Source: the human T2T-CHM13v2.0 reference genome, Homo sapiens
Strand: one strand, 5' to 3'
NCBI RefSeq assembly: GCF_009914755.1
Contig: NC_060927.1
Length of the DNA stretch: 64,000 bases
In this document: one piece after another, positions 28,793 to 45,654 of the stretch
Position numbering within the stretch: the first letter of the stretch is position 1
Layout of the letters: the number at the start of each line of letters is the position of its first letter
Program-made: the position numbers and the translations under genes
Notes under the pieces: generated by a model
Database searches by the model: none
The model's input: the letters and a program-made list of their open reading frames with translations, nothing else
What the model was told of the DNA's origin: nothing

Positions 28793-29433
28793 CAGTCAAT
28801 CCTCATTATTCACAGATTCCATATTGTAAGTTCACCTACTCACTATAATTATTTGTGGCATCAAAATTTACACTTATAGCACATTCCTGATCATTCTTGG
28901 ATGTGCACAGGGTTGTGAAAAATTTGAGTTGCTCAACAAGCACTTTCCCAGCTGAGGTCAAACAAGGCAATACTCTGCATTCTTGTTTCAGCTCATAATG
29001 TAAACAGTGTCTTTCTCTTGCTCTATTTAGTGCAATGCTTTTTGCATTTTTGTGCTTTTTGTTGATTTTGCTGTTTAAGATGGCCCCCTAGCATACTGCT
29101 GAAGTACTCTCTAGTGTTCCTAAGTGCAAGAAGGCTGTGATGTGTCATATAGAGAAAATTCATGTGTTAGATAAGCTTTATTCAGGTATCGTTACAGTGC
29201 TGTTGGCTGTGATTTATATGTTAATAATTCAATAATATATATTAAATAAGGTGTGTTTAAAGAGAAAGAGAAAACAAGGTTATATACTGATAAGTTGACA
29301 AAAATGTTGGGATCAGAGGCTTGCAGGAACCTAGCCTTGTATTTCCCCTAGGATCAATGGTTTACAATTCACTAATTCAGTATTTGCAGTGACTTTATTT
29401 AACTTAGCTATTGTGAATAACAAGAATCAATTG
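28793..29433. mobile_element. MER82-like Tigger DNA transposon
   Basis: TIR-like ends cagtcaatcctcattattcaca / tgtgaataacaagaatcaattg; 'cccagctgaggtcaaacaaggc'. Confidence 0.8.
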
Positions 29434-29477
29434 AATTTCTATTTGTCTTATAGGAGAGAGGCATTGTGGTTTTCCCT

Positions 29478-30080
29478 CAGCTTTACAGATGTGTAACTGA
29501 CAAATAAAAATTGTATATTTTTAAAGCATACAACATGATGTTTTGATATATGTATACATTGTGAAATGATTACTGCAATTCAGTTAATTAACATATCTAT
29601 CAACTTAGTTATCATTTTGTGTGTATGTAATAAGAAAATGCAAGATCTATTGTCTTTGCAAATCTCAAGTATATAAAACAGTATTATTAACCATAGTCAC
29701 CATATTGTACAATAGATCTCCAGAGCTTGCTGATATCGTCTAATTGAAACTTTGTACCCTGTAACTAATATCTTCTTACCCCAACATCCATCCCTGGAAA
29801 ACATTGTTCTACTTTCTGCTTCTATTAATTTAACTTTCTTAGATTCCACATATGAGATCATGCAGTATCTGTCTTTCTGTGTCTGGCTTATTTGTCTTAG
29901 CATAATTTCCTCCAGGTTGCAAATGACAGGATTTCCTTCTTCTTTAAGGCTGAATAGTATTCCATTGTGTGTATGTGTGTGTGTATATATAATATATTAT
30001 ATATGTATATATATAAAATATATATATATATGTATGTATGCACCATATTTAAAAAATTCATTCATCTATTAATGGACACC
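29478..30080 (-). mobile_element. L1MA-like 3' fragment with (TA)n
   Basis: 'tagattccacatatgagatcatgcagtatctgtctttctgtgtctggc'. Confidence 0.85.
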
Positions 30081-31130
30081 TCTGCTTATGTGCTGGCCCT
30101 GCTGGAGGGGTTCGTTCTGTCTGATCTAGGGACTCAGCCACTCACTTCCAATAACAGTGCTTGGTCCTTTCAACATACATCAATTCAAAAAATGAGTCAC
30201 CATGCTTTACTATTAATAATAAGGTTACTCTCATTACAAAAGGTTTCCCAGTGGAAAAGTATCTAACAAGGGCAGAGCATTTGAAACAAGTGATGCAATC
30301 TGACAGAAGTGGGTAAATGCAACTGTCAAGCGTAGCTAGCTCCAGAGCCACAATGGCAAACATTTTTTATGTGATTAGAGAAGGTTTATAGTCAATGTAG
30401 ATGGTAGTTTTCTTTCTTTATATGCCTGTCTGTTTTCTTGCCTGACTGCCTGCTTGTTCCTTTCATTCTTATAAGAGGTGAGATCAGACCAACTGTTTGA
30501 TTGTATTGGAGGTTTGTAAGAAAATATAGAAAAAATAGGGCAACTTTAATATGGTTTGAAATGTGCTACAGTAAGGTGGGAACTCTTAAATACATTAGAA
30601 GGCCTTCCTAAAAGCTAACCATTTTAGGTACGAGAATCTCCCTACCCCCCTCCTCCCCAATTATAACTAAGAGAATATTCTGCTGAGCTGACAAAGACTA
30701 GCAAAATGTTTCTAAATCTATACATCTGGGAACTCTCATAACTCTTTTTCTAGGGAAAAAATTTTGCTTCTCTTCTTTCTGAAGGTCAACCCTGATTGTA
30801 TAGGAGAAATTGCTTGCAGCTATCCTGCTATGCCCAGAAGCACCCTTCAGAAAGAAATTAAATGCATTCAGAAGATCAGCTATCCTCTCAAATGATGTGA
30901 ATAGGGACATGAGGAACACTGAAAAAGGGCTTTCGAATAACTTATTACTCCCTGATTACAAGGCACACCCCTGGCTGCTTGATGGAGTGAGGCAACAGAG
31001 TTGTGATCTCAAGGAAAAACTAGGCTTCTCTAACTCTGTGTAGTCATTGTTGTCTGTCCATCCTGGACTTGACAGAGGCTGTCTCAGAATGAGTTTTATA
31101 GGCCAATTCTTAAAGGTAATTGAATATGGG

Positions 31131-31414
31131 AAGATGGGGTCTTGTTCTATCATCCAGGCTTGAGTGCAGTGGAACCATCATAGCTCACTGCAACCTTGAC
31201 CTCCCAGGCTCAAGTGATCCTCCCACGTCTCAGCCTCCTGAGTAGCTGGGACTACAGGTGTGGGCCACCACACTTGGCTAATTTTTGTATTTTTGTAGAG
31301 ACAGGGGTTTTGCCATGTTGCCCAGGCTGGTCTCAAACTCCTGGGCTCAAGCAATCTGCCTGCTTTAGCCTCCAAAGTGGTGGGATTACAGGCGTAGAGT
31401 CACTGTGCCCAGCC
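31131..31414 (-). mobile_element. AluJ-type lacking tail
   Basis: Alu body without poly-T on its left. Confidence 0.9.
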
Positions 31415-31588
31415 AAGATATATTCTCTGTTATACCGCAGATATTTGGGTTGTTTGGTATTTGGCTATTATGGCTAAAGTAGTTATAACTTTATTGTACT
31501 GGGCTATTTATACATATATGTTTCATTTTCTTTGGGTAAATACCTAGGAAGAGAATTCCTAGACTGAATAAAATCTTCTTTGGGTATA

Positions 31589-31892
<304 letters not shown>

Positions 31893-32223
31893 TTCTTTGA
31901 GTAGATTTCTCAGGAAATCACTGGACCCTGTATCGCTCAAAAAGACTTGGTTATTCTCTTTTCCTCAAGGTATGGTTTCTTAACTAAATTGTCATAAGCC
32001 TCTTTGGGGGAAGGACTGAAGGAATTGTTATTGAATCTCCTGCTGTGGTGTTGCAGGATCCTTTCTTATGGGAAACTGACCTATTCATTGACGCATTCTG
32101 GTTCTGAGAACTGGCGCAGGTCAGGAAATGGGACAAGAGATTTTCTCTTTTTACTGGGCAGCTCAACAGTCTTCTACCCATCTGTTCTTCATCTATTTTA
32201 GAGGAAAATGAAATAGACAGAGT

Positions 32224-32696
32224 GTGTTATTCAGGGTTCTCCAAATAAATGGAATCAATAGGATATTTATTTATTATGAGGAATTGGTTTACATGATCAT
32301 GAAAGCTGAGAAGGCTCATGATCTACCATCTGCAAGCAGGGAAGCTGGTGGGACAATTCAGTTCAAGTCTGAAGGCCTGAGAACCAGAAGAGTCAATAGC
32401 GTAAATCCCAATCTGAGGGCAGGAGAAGATGAGAAAACATGCTCCAGCTCAAGCAGTGAGGCAGGAAACGAAAGGGACAGATTCCTCCTTCTGCCTTTTG
32501 TTCTCTTCAGGCCTTCAACAGATTAGATGATGCCCACCCATGCTGGGGAGGACCATATGGACTCTACGCTTTATTCAGTTCACCAGTTCAAATGCTAACC
32601 TCTTCCAGAAACACTCACAGACCCACCCAGATACCCAAATGTGTATTTGGGTATCTTGTGGCCCGGTCAAATTGTCAAATAAAATTAAACATCACA
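32224..32696 (-). mobile_element. MLT2 (C/D-like) 3' LTR of ERVL provirus
   Basis: Termini 'ttattcagggttctcc' / 'aaaattaaacatcaca'; polypurine-tract-like 'agggagtggact' abuts it on the minus strand. Confidence 0.85.
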
Positions 32697-33176
32697 AGTC
32701 CACTCCCTGTCGACCTGGTACCCATAGACATCTCCCTAAATTATACCTAATCTCCAAATAAAGACATTAAGAAGATCATAATTCTGCCTAACATGACACA
32801 ACTATCCTGATACAACCAAAAATGCACTAACCCCTTTGCCAGAAGAGCAGATAAAATCTTTGAGTGATATTTACTCTTCTTGATCTGCAACTTAAATATT
32901 ATGATATAAAATTACCAATATTTAAATGCCATGATATAAAGTCCGTACATCTTATGATGATAGGAGAATAAGAGAGGAAAGAAAAAAAAAAGATACATAC
33001 ATATACACAAACACAAATATATTCATAACAAAATAAGGAGGAAATACTTATGATAATTACAGTCCTAGTTTCTGTAACTGGTCATATGGTTGTAGCTGGT
33101 ATTTATAGCTACCTTCCTCCATTACCCATTCTGTGTTCCCTTTGCTTTCAGCGAGTACCTCAGCTGATTGTGGTTC

Positions 33177-33471
33177 TTTTTTTAATTTTTTTTGAGACAC
33201 AGTCTCACTCTGTCACCCAGGCTGGAGTGCAATGGCGCGATCTCAGCTGACTGCAACTTCTGCCTCCCGGGTTCAAGCCATTCTCCCTGCCTCAGCCTCC
33301 TGAGTAGCTGGAATTACAGGCACCACCACACCCAGCTAATTTTTGTATTTTTAATAGAGACAGAGTTTTGCCATGTTGGCCAGACTGGTCTCAAACTCCT
33401 GACCTCAGGTGATCTGCCCGCCTCGGCCTTCCAAAGTGCTGGATTACAGGCGTGCGCCACTGCATCCAGCC
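33177..33471 (-). mobile_element. AluS-type
   Basis: Alu dimer; TSD ATTGTGGTT. Confidence 0.93.
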
Positions 33472-34706
33472 AATTGTGGTTTACCCGGCGGGGTGACCCA
33501 AACCTCCATTCTTAAAAGGTCTGGCCCATTAGTAGTCTTTCCTGGATTGAGTTTTTGCAGTTTTTAATTAATGTTAATCACAGGACATGGAAATACTAAA
33601 AGATGCCTTAAGTTATCTCCTATATTTCAGACATAATCTCCTTACCTCTATTGCGGAGTAGTACTCCAAAATCCTTCTTGGTAGTCAGGATTAATCACCC
33701 CAGCCAACACTGTAACTCCTTAACCTATTGATTCAGAGGCACAAGGAGCCCAACATGTGGGGCTGGCAGCCTTAACTTTCAGTTCAATGAAATCATTGCT
33801 GTCTTTTCTGTTGGGAACATTCTTCCCTCTGGAACTAGGTCATCAGAACATAAAGTCACCTCTAGGTCATCAGAACATAAAGTAGTGAGAACAGGAAGCA
33901 GAAATTCTGGCCGTGTGTCATAAGGGGTAACAGTGAGTGGTATTATTCCCATTTCCAGCCCTTGATTCCTGGACCTATGAATTCTGGCTAGAGGAGAAAC
34001 AATACCATATATTGGATGCTGATTCAGAGCAACATAGTCTTCTGGAGAACCTTGATCCAGCCCTACAAAGTATTGCTACCTGGCTGTCACTGTAACTGAG
34101 TCTTAAAAAGACCATTCCACCGTTCCCTCAAACCAGTTGCTTCTAGATTGTGGGGAATATGATAAGACCACTGAATTCCATAAGCATAGACCCATTGCTG
34201 TACTTCTTTTGCTGTGAAGTGTGCTCTTTGATTAAAAGCAATTCTGTGTGGAATACCATGATAGTAGATAAGGCATTCTGTAAATCCATGAATGGTTATT
34301 TTGGCAGAAGCATTGCATTCAGAGAAGGCAAATTCATATTCAAAGTAAATGTCTAATCCAAGTCCAAAACACTGTTACTTCCATGAGGGAAGCAATCCAA
34401 TGTAATCAACCTGCCATCAGGTAGCTGGCTAATCTCCCTAGGGAATGGTGCCATATTGGAGAATCAGTGTTGGTCTTGCTGCTGGTAGATTGGACAGTCC
34501 GTGGTGGCTGTAGAAGGATGGCTTTGATTAGTGAAAATCCATGTTGCTGAGGCCATATGTAACCTCTATTCCTGCCACCATGCCCACTTTATTTATAGAT
34601 GCTTTGGGTGATGACAGGGGTAACTAGGGAAAGAGGCTGACTGATGTCCATAAAAATGGGTCATTCCATTCATTTGATTATTAACATCCCCCTCTGCTGA
34701 GTTCAC

Positions 34707-34769
34707 TGTTTTAGCCAGGGTTTCCAAAGAGACAGAACTGATTTTATATATAAAATCAGTCCAAAACCC

Positions 34770-34845
<76 letters not shown>

Positions 34846-35497
34846 AAGAGAGAGAGAAGAATGAATTTATTCAGGTAATTGGCTCACTTGATTATGGAGG
34901 CTGAGAAGTTCCACAATAAGCTGTCTGCAAGATGGAGAACTAGGGAAGGCAGTAGCATGGTTCAATCCAAGTCAAAGTCCTCAGAACCAAGAAAGCCAAT
35001 GGTGTAACTCTCAGTCCAAGGCTGAAGGCCTGAGAGCCTAGGAGTCAAGGTGTGAATCCAGGAGTCCAAAAGTCAGAGAATCTGGAGTCCAAAACCCAGA
35101 GAATCTGGACATCCAAGGGCAGGAAAAGAAGGGCATACAGGCTCCAGAAGAGAATGCAAGAATTCATTCTTCTGCCAGCTTTTTATTCCATCTGGACCCT
35201 TAGCTGACTGGATGGTTTCTACCCACATTAAGAGTAGATCTTTCCCACTCAGTCCACCAACTTGTATGCTAGTCTCCTGTAGAAACACTCTCACAGACAT
35301 AGCTGGGGTAGCCTGGTCTTTCTAATCAAATGCCAAACCACCTGGGTTTCCCTTTCAGCACAAGAAGCTCAGTGCCCATATAAGCATTGAGAATAATTAA
35401 TGCAATGATTGAGAATAAATAGTGCATTACCAGCTATCTGAGTTTTTCTGGGTATCCCATAATTCAGTTATGTTGACACTCAAAATTAACCATCATC
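34707..35497 (-). mobile_element. Solo MLT2-type LTR nested in ERVL internal
   Basis: 'tgttttagccagggtttcc' to 'gttgacactcaaaattaaccatca'; ERVL resumes on both sides. Confidence 0.8.
34774..34860. repeat. (TA)n(GA)n compound microsatellite
   Basis: Direct read. Confidence 0.97.
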
Positions 35498-36052
35498 ATC
35501 CTTTGTTGAGCATTCACATGGAGCACTTTTTTTTTTTTTTTTTTTTGCTGATTAAGGGAAGTCTATAAACATACGTCTTCCCCAAATTTCTTCATTGCCA
35601 ATTTTTCAATCATGTTCCTTCCAAGTCCCTGATCATCCAGACAAACAATTGGCCACAGCCCATGAATTGGTACATAATGGCACATTTCTTCTTCTTCCAA
35701 GCAAAGTAAACAACCAGATGCAGAGTCTGAAGTTCCACCCACTGTATTTCTCTTCCAGGGATTGATTTTCCTGTCTTTGGAGATGTCCCAGAGAAAGGAG
35801 GTAGTGCCACAGCTGTTAATTTTGGGCGGTGCCTGCATATTGTGCAGAACCTTCTGTAAACCAGGCCTGAGTCTTTTCTTTCTCTGTCAACTGATTCTAG
35901 GCAACTCCCCAGATGGCCTTAGGTACAGGCTGAGAGACAGAGAAGGCAGTAGTGGAAACCATGGGAATTTGGGTCACTTTTTCACGTGATTCATTTGTAC
36001 CCTCAGAGCCTCCTTGCGATCACTCACATATGTACCACTTCCCTTTGGTGAA

Positions 36053-36337
36053 TTGCCAACATTTTTAGCACCAAGGACTGGTTGTGCGGAAGACAGTTTT
36101 TCCATGGATAGGTGGTGGAGGTGGTTTCAGGATGAAACTGTTCCACCTCAGATCATCAGGCATTAGCTTCTCATCAGGAGTGCATTACCGAGATCCCTTG
36201 AGTGTGCAGTTAACAATAGGGTTCATGCTTCTGTGAGAATCTAATGCCATCCCTGATCTGATAGAAGGCGGAGCTCAGGCAATAATGCTTGGTTGCCCGC
36301 TGCTCACTTCCCGCTGTGCGGCCCAGTTCCTAACGGG

Positions 36338-36341
<4 letters not shown>
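36053..36341 (+). repeat. Local duplicate of MER1B segment 38163-38454
   Basis: By-eye alignment: 7 substitutions and 2 small indels in 289 bp; lacks both TIR tips and TSD. Confidence 0.95.
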
Positions 36342-36567
<226 letters not shown>

Positions 36568-38156
36568 AGAAGTGTTGTTATGCATGCTTAGCTTTATAGC
36601 ATGTTGGGTCAGACATGATAAAGGGCAGCTCGGGTTGCATTGTAATTTGGTTGCTCACAGTTAAGCATTTAGTCTCTATTAAGACCCAGTAGCAGGCCAA
36701 GAGCTGCTTCTCAAAAGGAGAGTAGTTATCTGCAGAGGATGGCAGGGCCTTGCTGCAATATCTTAAGGGCCTGTGTTGCAATTCACTTAGGGGGACCTTC
36801 CAAAGGCTGCAAACAGCATCCCTAACTTCTACTGACCCTTCAAGCACCATTGGAGCTGCTAGATCATATGGCCTAAGTGGCAGGGCAGCTTGCACAGCAG
36901 CCTGGACCTGCTGCAGAGCCTTCTTTTGTTTTGAACCCCACTAAAACTAGCAGCTTTTAAGGCCACTAAGTAAATGGGCCAGAGTAACACACTCAAATAA
37001 GAAATACATTGCCTCCAAAATCCCGGTGGGTGTTGTGCTTCTTTCTTGGTTGTAGGAAGGGCCAAATGCAACAACTAGTTCTTCACCTTTCATGGGAGAT
37101 TTCAACATGCCCCATACTACTGGACACCAGGAATTTCACTGAGGTAGAGGACCCCTGAAATTTCGCTGAATTTATTTCCTATCCTCTGACATGCAAATAT
37201 CTTACCAAAGAGTCAGAAGTAATTGCGACTCGCTCACTAGGTACAGTCAGTATGATGTCATCAGTTTGATATCTTGTGGAAGGGAAAATCAATCAAGATC
37301 TGTTAATTAAATTATGACATAGGACTGGAGGGTTGATAACCTTCTTAGGTAGGACAGTGAAGGTGTATTGCTGGTCTTTCCAGCTGAAAGCAAACTGCCT
37401 CTGGTGGACAGGTATAGAGAATAATGCACTTACTAGATTAATAGCTGCATACCAGGTACCAGGGGATGTGTTAATTTGCTCAAGCAATGAAACCACATCT
37501 GGGACAGCAAGTGCAATTGAAGCCACAACCTGGTTAAGCTTACAATATAATTCACTGTCATTCTCCAAGATCCATCTATCTTCTGCACACACCAAATAGG
37601 CAAGTTGAATGGGGATGTGATAGGAATCACCATGCCTGTGTCTTTCAAGTCCTTGATGATGGCGCTAATTTCTGCAATCCCCCCAGAAATGTATTGCTTT
37701 TGGTTTACTATTTTCCTAGGTAGAGGCATTTTTAATGGCTTCCACTATAGGCTTTCCCACCGTAATAGACTTTCCCTAGGTCAGGGAATTGATGTTGAGT
37801 TTCTGTCAGCTGCTAAATATGTCCACTCCAATTATGTATTCTGGAACTGGGGAAATACTCACAGAATTGGTTTGGGAAATTAGAAGAAACATGATTGGAA
37901 AATTGATGACAAAGAGATTTTGATTTATAGATAGACAGAAATCCTCACCAGCTGCCTATCTATCTTGTCCCTAGGAACACTGCATTCTATTTGTCAGCTC
38001 CATAGATCCTTGTGGATCAGACCTTCCTGACTGCCCATTATGTCCTGCCTTATGTCCTTGCTCTGATGGTCGTGTTTCCATTTGGCTTCTGCTTTCCCAG
38101 ACCCTATATCTGTTGTTATTAGGAAGCCCAGTGCTGTAAAGTCCTTAGCTATAAAG

Positions 38157-38478
38157 CAGCGGTTGCCAACATTTTTAGCACCAAGGACTGGTTGTGCGGA
38201 AGACAGTTTTTCCATGGATATAGGTGGTGGGGGATGGTTTCAGGATGAAACTGTTCCACCTCAGATCATCAGGCATTAGCTTCTCATCAGGAGTGCATTA
38301 CCAAGATCCCTTGAGTGTGCAGTTAACAACAGGGTTCATGCTTCTATGAGAATCTAATGCCATCCCTGATCTGATAGAAGGCGGAGCTCAGGCAATAATG
38401 CTTGGTTGCCCGTTGCTCACTTCTCACTGTGCGGCCCAGTTCCTAACGGGTTCGTGGCCCAGGGGTTGGATGTCCCTG
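38157..38478. mobile_element. MER1B hAT-Charlie element
   Basis: TIRs cagcggttgccaac / gttggatgtccctg; 8-bp TSD CTATAAAG / CTATACAG. Confidence 0.9.
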
Positions 38479-38551
38479 CTATACAGGACAGCTACTACTG
38501 AGCTTCTCAGTGATGCTGGTGGCTCTCTCACCATCATTTTTCTTGCCTTAG

Positions 38552-39284
<733 letters not shown>

Positions 39285-40353
39285 CTTTTCCAGGACACAT
39301 TGTTAGCCAGTTGGTTTTCTAGTCTTATATTGTAGATTCTTTCCAGCTGGCTCAGTTTGCTGTGCTTTTTGATTCCTTCTTCCATGCCATACTTCTTTTA
39401 AGGTGGGTCATTCCTTTTTTATTCCAGGGGTCTTCTTAGCAGCAGATTAATATAATCTGGCTCCTGTGGCCCCTGCGATATTAAATCCAGTGTTACGGGA
39501 AATTTTCCACATACTGGCAAGCTATTATGCAGCTTTATATTACACTCTACTCCCCTGGATATGGCACCCTCAAGATCTTCTCCCGGAAACACTCCTGATT
39601 CCTGCTGGTAAATGTAATCCAGGTATTGCAGCTCCTTCAGCATGTAACTCCTCTCCTTCCTTGGCAGACTCAGCATTCCCTAGTCAGGTCACATTTAGCT
39701 TAGAACCTAGTTATTAGTGAGCATGCCCGGAGGAGAGGTAAGGGCAGATCCTGAGGAGGAAAAGCATTATCTTATAAGCCATTTGCATAATATTCAAACA
39801 AGGAGGAGGGATACTTCTGCAAGCCCAGAATGTTCAGGTGGATCGAGGTTCTCAGGGGCGTCTACCTATATATCTCTATCCTAAGCCTCAGACTACCACA
39901 CCTTCCCTATCAGACCTCTGACTTTGACATAGGGCTTCCCTACACAGAATTCAGCTTCTCTTAGAGTTCTGCTTCTCCTAAAATTCTACTTCTCTTACAA
40001 TAATTGTGCATGGCATTCAGCTCACTATGCCCTCTGGGAAAAGGAAATGTCCAGGAGTCCCCTTGGCACTCACACTTTGCCTTGATTTAGCTACTCAATT
40101 TCACAGTACTTAAGAGTTAATTCTTCGTATCTTTCAAGTGCCAGAGACAAGGCACAAACTAGTGCATCCCTTTCCCCGATATTCCATCCCTTCTCTCTGC
40201 AGGTGAAAGTTTTAGCAATTGTTTTATCACAGCATGCTAGGAGTTACCAATACCTACCACCAATGAGGAAGTCCTCATTGTCATCTATATGATGAGTTAA
40301 CCAATTCCAGGATCCCATCATTAGAGTCTGGTCCCAGAATCACTTTTGGGCAT

Positions 40354-41015
<662 letters not shown>

Positions 41016-42746
41016 AGGCTTTGTAACATCTGGTATATTTCTCCCCTATGTTCACTGTATTACGTGTTGAGAGCATAGCATATTTACTTTTTCTAGTTAT
41101 ATTGTTAGCATTTCCTAATGTCATTTTTTTCTATATGTCATATTTACTGGCTATACTAATATCTTTAATTTATTTAGCTATTCTCCTGTTGATAGATGGA
41201 TCATTTTAAAGTTTGCTATTGTAAATAATGCTAGAATAATTGTCATTAGTCTTGATGTATTATTTTCATAAATTGTTAGATTCAGTTTGATCAAATTTTG
41301 GTAATTTTGCATTTATATTCATGAGAGAGATTGGCCTGTAGTTTTCTTTTAATGTAATGGCTTTGCCTGGTTTTGGTATCAGGGTAAAGCTGGTTACAGA
41401 AAATTAGTTTGGGAGTTAAATTTAGTCAGGTTATTTCTTTCTCCTTTACTAAGCTTTGGCAATTTGTGTCTTTGAAGAAATTTCTCCATGTCTTCTAGGT
41501 TATGAAATTTGTTGTCAGAAATTTATTTACAATATTCCTTTATTACCTTTTAATGACCATAAGATCTAGAGTGATGACCCCTCTTTTATTCCTGATATTG
41601 TTATTTAATTTCTTCTCTCTTCTTGATCAGTCTGGCTAGGAGTTCATAATTGTATTTATCTTTTCAAAGAAAAAGATGGACACTTAGACTATGGACTTAA
41701 GACTTTTATTTTCTTCTAATATAAGTAATTAATGCTATAAATTTCTCTCTAAGCACTATTGCTGCATCCCACAGATTTTGATGTGTCGTATTTTTAATTT
41801 TATCCTATGAAAATATTTTCTAATTTCTTTTTGTTATTTCTTATTTGAGCTATGGGTTATTTAGAAGTGTGTTATTTATTTTCATGTATTTAAGGATTTT
41901 CCAGATGGCTTGCTATTTGATTTCTAGAATAATTCCACTGTGGTCAGAAAACATACTCTGTATTATTTGAATTCTTTTTTATTTATTTAGCCCATTGAGA
42001 CTTCCACTTTTTTTTTTTTTTTTTTTTTGGCCCAGAATATGAGCTATAATTGTGACGGGTTCTGCTGTTGTTGGGTATAAGCATTCTGTAAACATCAACT
42101 AGGTCATGTTTGTTGATAGTGTTGTTCAAGTCATTTATGTGCTTGCTGATTTTTGCCAACTTGTTCTATCAATTCCCAATAGAAGAGTATTAAAATATCC
42201 AAATATAATTGTGAGTTTGTCTATTTTTTAAATTTTATCAGTTTTTGCTTCATGTATTTTGGAACTTTGTTACTGGATGAATACATGTTAAGGATTATTG
42301 TGATGTCTTAATTAATTGACTTCTTTATAATTATGTAATGTTCCTTTTCATCTCCAGTAATAGTCCTTGTTCTAAAGCTGACTTTGCTTGATATTAATAT
42401 AGTCACTATAGTTTTCTTTTTGTTAATGTTTACATAGTCATTTTTTATCATCCATTTCTTTCAATCTAGCTGTGTTGTTTTACTTAAAGTGGGTTCTTTA
42501 CAGATAATATATAATTTGTCTTGTCTTTTAATCCACACTGATAATTTCCCTTTTAATTGGAGTGTTTAGACGATTTATGTTTGATGTAATAATTGATATG
42601 GTTTTAAAATGTCATGCTGCTGTTTGTTTTCTATTTGTCTTATCTGTTCTTTGTTTCTTTCTTCCTCTTTTACCCCCTTTTCTAACTTTATTTTTTTATG
42701 ATCTCATTTTATCTCCACCATTGGTTTATTAGCTGTGCTTCTTTAG

Positions 42747-43078
<332 letters not shown>

Positions 43079-43799
43079 TCTAGAATTTATCTTTAGCTTA
43101 TCATAGTCTACCTTCAACTCTGCATATGGTATGAGATTCTTTCATTTATCTCCTCTTTAGTCCTTGGTAGTATTATTGTCATTGGCTTTATCGCTGCATG
43201 TGCTAAAACTCCTACAATTAAAGAATGAGAAAAAAAGGTTTTTATGTATATCCTCATATTTTCCATTTCCTGTTTTTTACTCCTTTGTTAGATCCAAATT
43301 CTCCACTGACATCAGTTTCCTTCTGCCTGAAGAATTTCCTTTAGCATGTCTTGCAGTGGAGGTCTACTGACTTTTGTTTGTATGAAAAAGTCTTTATTTT
43401 GTCTTTGTTGTGAAAGATATTTTTGGTGGGAATATAATTCTACATTGACCGTTGTTTTTTCTTTCAGTCCTTTAAGATGTCACTTCATTGTCTCCTGGCT
43501 TGCATAGTTTCTTACAAGAAATACGCTCTAATGCTACCTTGTTTCTTGACACGTAAAGGGGTTTCTTTTCTCTGGCTGCTTTTTATTACTGTTTTTCACC
43601 AAGTTAACTATAATGTGCTTTTATGTATTTTTCTTTATGTTTATTCCATTTGAGTTTTGTTGAGATTCTAAGGTCTATACATTTACCACTTTTCATAAAT
43701 TTTGGAAATTTCAACTATTATTTATTAGTTCTTCAAATATTTGTTTTCCTTCTCTCCTCTACTCTTAGAACTGCATTTACTATATTTTAGACAACTTGA

Positions 43800-44192
<393 letters not shown>

Positions 44193-45654
44193 ATTAATTT
44201 TTTAAAAATATTTTTTTCTCCCTGTGCTTCATTTTGGGTAATTTTTGTTGTTGGGTCTTTATGTTCACTAATTTTTTATTTTATAGTATTAGTCTGCTGT
44301 TACTTTTATTCAGTGTATTTTTTATTTAGAATATATTTTCATATCTAGATGTTCCACTTGAGTCTGTTAAAAAATATCTTCCATTTCTCTTGTTGTTATA
44401 TTCATGTTTTGCTTTACATTTTCAAGCACATGGCACATACCTCTAATAACTGGTTCAGGTCTTTTCTAATTCCATAATCTCTGTCATCTCTAATTTTGTT
44501 CATATTGATTGATTATTAGCCTGACTATGGGTCATATTTTTCTCTTCTTCTTGCCTGGTAACTTTTTACTAGGTGACAGCCATTGTAGATATAATTTTGT
44601 TTGTTTTTTGTTGTTGTTGTTTATGGGTGCCAGATTTTGTTGAATTCTTTTAATAAGTGTGGACCTTGTTCTGATAGGCAGTTAAGTTACTTGGAAACAG
44701 TTTAATTCTTTCAAGCCTTGTTTTTAAGCTTTTGTTAGGCTGGGTCCAGAGCTTTGTTAGGCTGGGTCCTGGCTTTGTTTTAGGGTTAATTTAGCTCAAC
44801 TAGAAAATGCACTTTGAGGGCTCAGCCCAATTCCCTGTGTATTATGAGGCCTCTTTACTCTGACTGATGGAAAAGCGAACATTTCCCAGCCGTGTGTAAA
44901 CTCCAAGAATTACTGAGCTTACTTCTTTCTGGCTTTTCTTTTTCCAGCGTCATAGTTTTACCCCACACATGCACAGGTCAGCAGCAGTCAAAGATTCGAA
45001 GGGGCCCTTCTGCAGAGCTCCACAGTGCTCTGTCTGTGTGTCTCCCTCATTTCTGGTCCTTTGCCCTGGCCTCCCTGAAACCTGATCTCCACCTCCTTAC
45101 TCAATGAGACTGCTATACCTGTTTGGGTTTCCTTTTTCCTGCCCTGCAGCCTGGAAACTGCCTCCAGGAAGTAACTGGGGTAGTCATAAGGAGGGCTCAC
45201 ATCATATGCTTCCCCTCTCCCAGAGATTACAGTCCTGCTTTGCTTTCTGTCCAAAGACTGCAAACAGTTGTTTCATGTATTTTGTCCATTATTCTAATGG
45301 AATATGTCAAGGAGGTAATTCTGTCACAGCTATTCCTTCATGGGCAGAACAGAAATCTATTTCACATTTTTCAGGCATTTTCTACCACTTGTCTTCTTTT
45401 AGTGTCCTCAGCATAACTTTCAAAATAATTATATGAGATACGTGTGTGTATGTGTGTGTATATGTGCATCTGTATATATGAGTATGTGTGTAATTATCCT
45501 CACTGTCCAAAATCGTTGGTTCTCTGAGTTCAGATAGGGAGATTCTTGACAAGAGAGTTTGGATAGCAAGGGATGCCTTGTTATCTGAATCAATTTGGTT
45601 CTCGACGTTTAGCTAGTGAGTAGCAGAGTTGGAAGGGGGAGCAGAGAGGATTCT

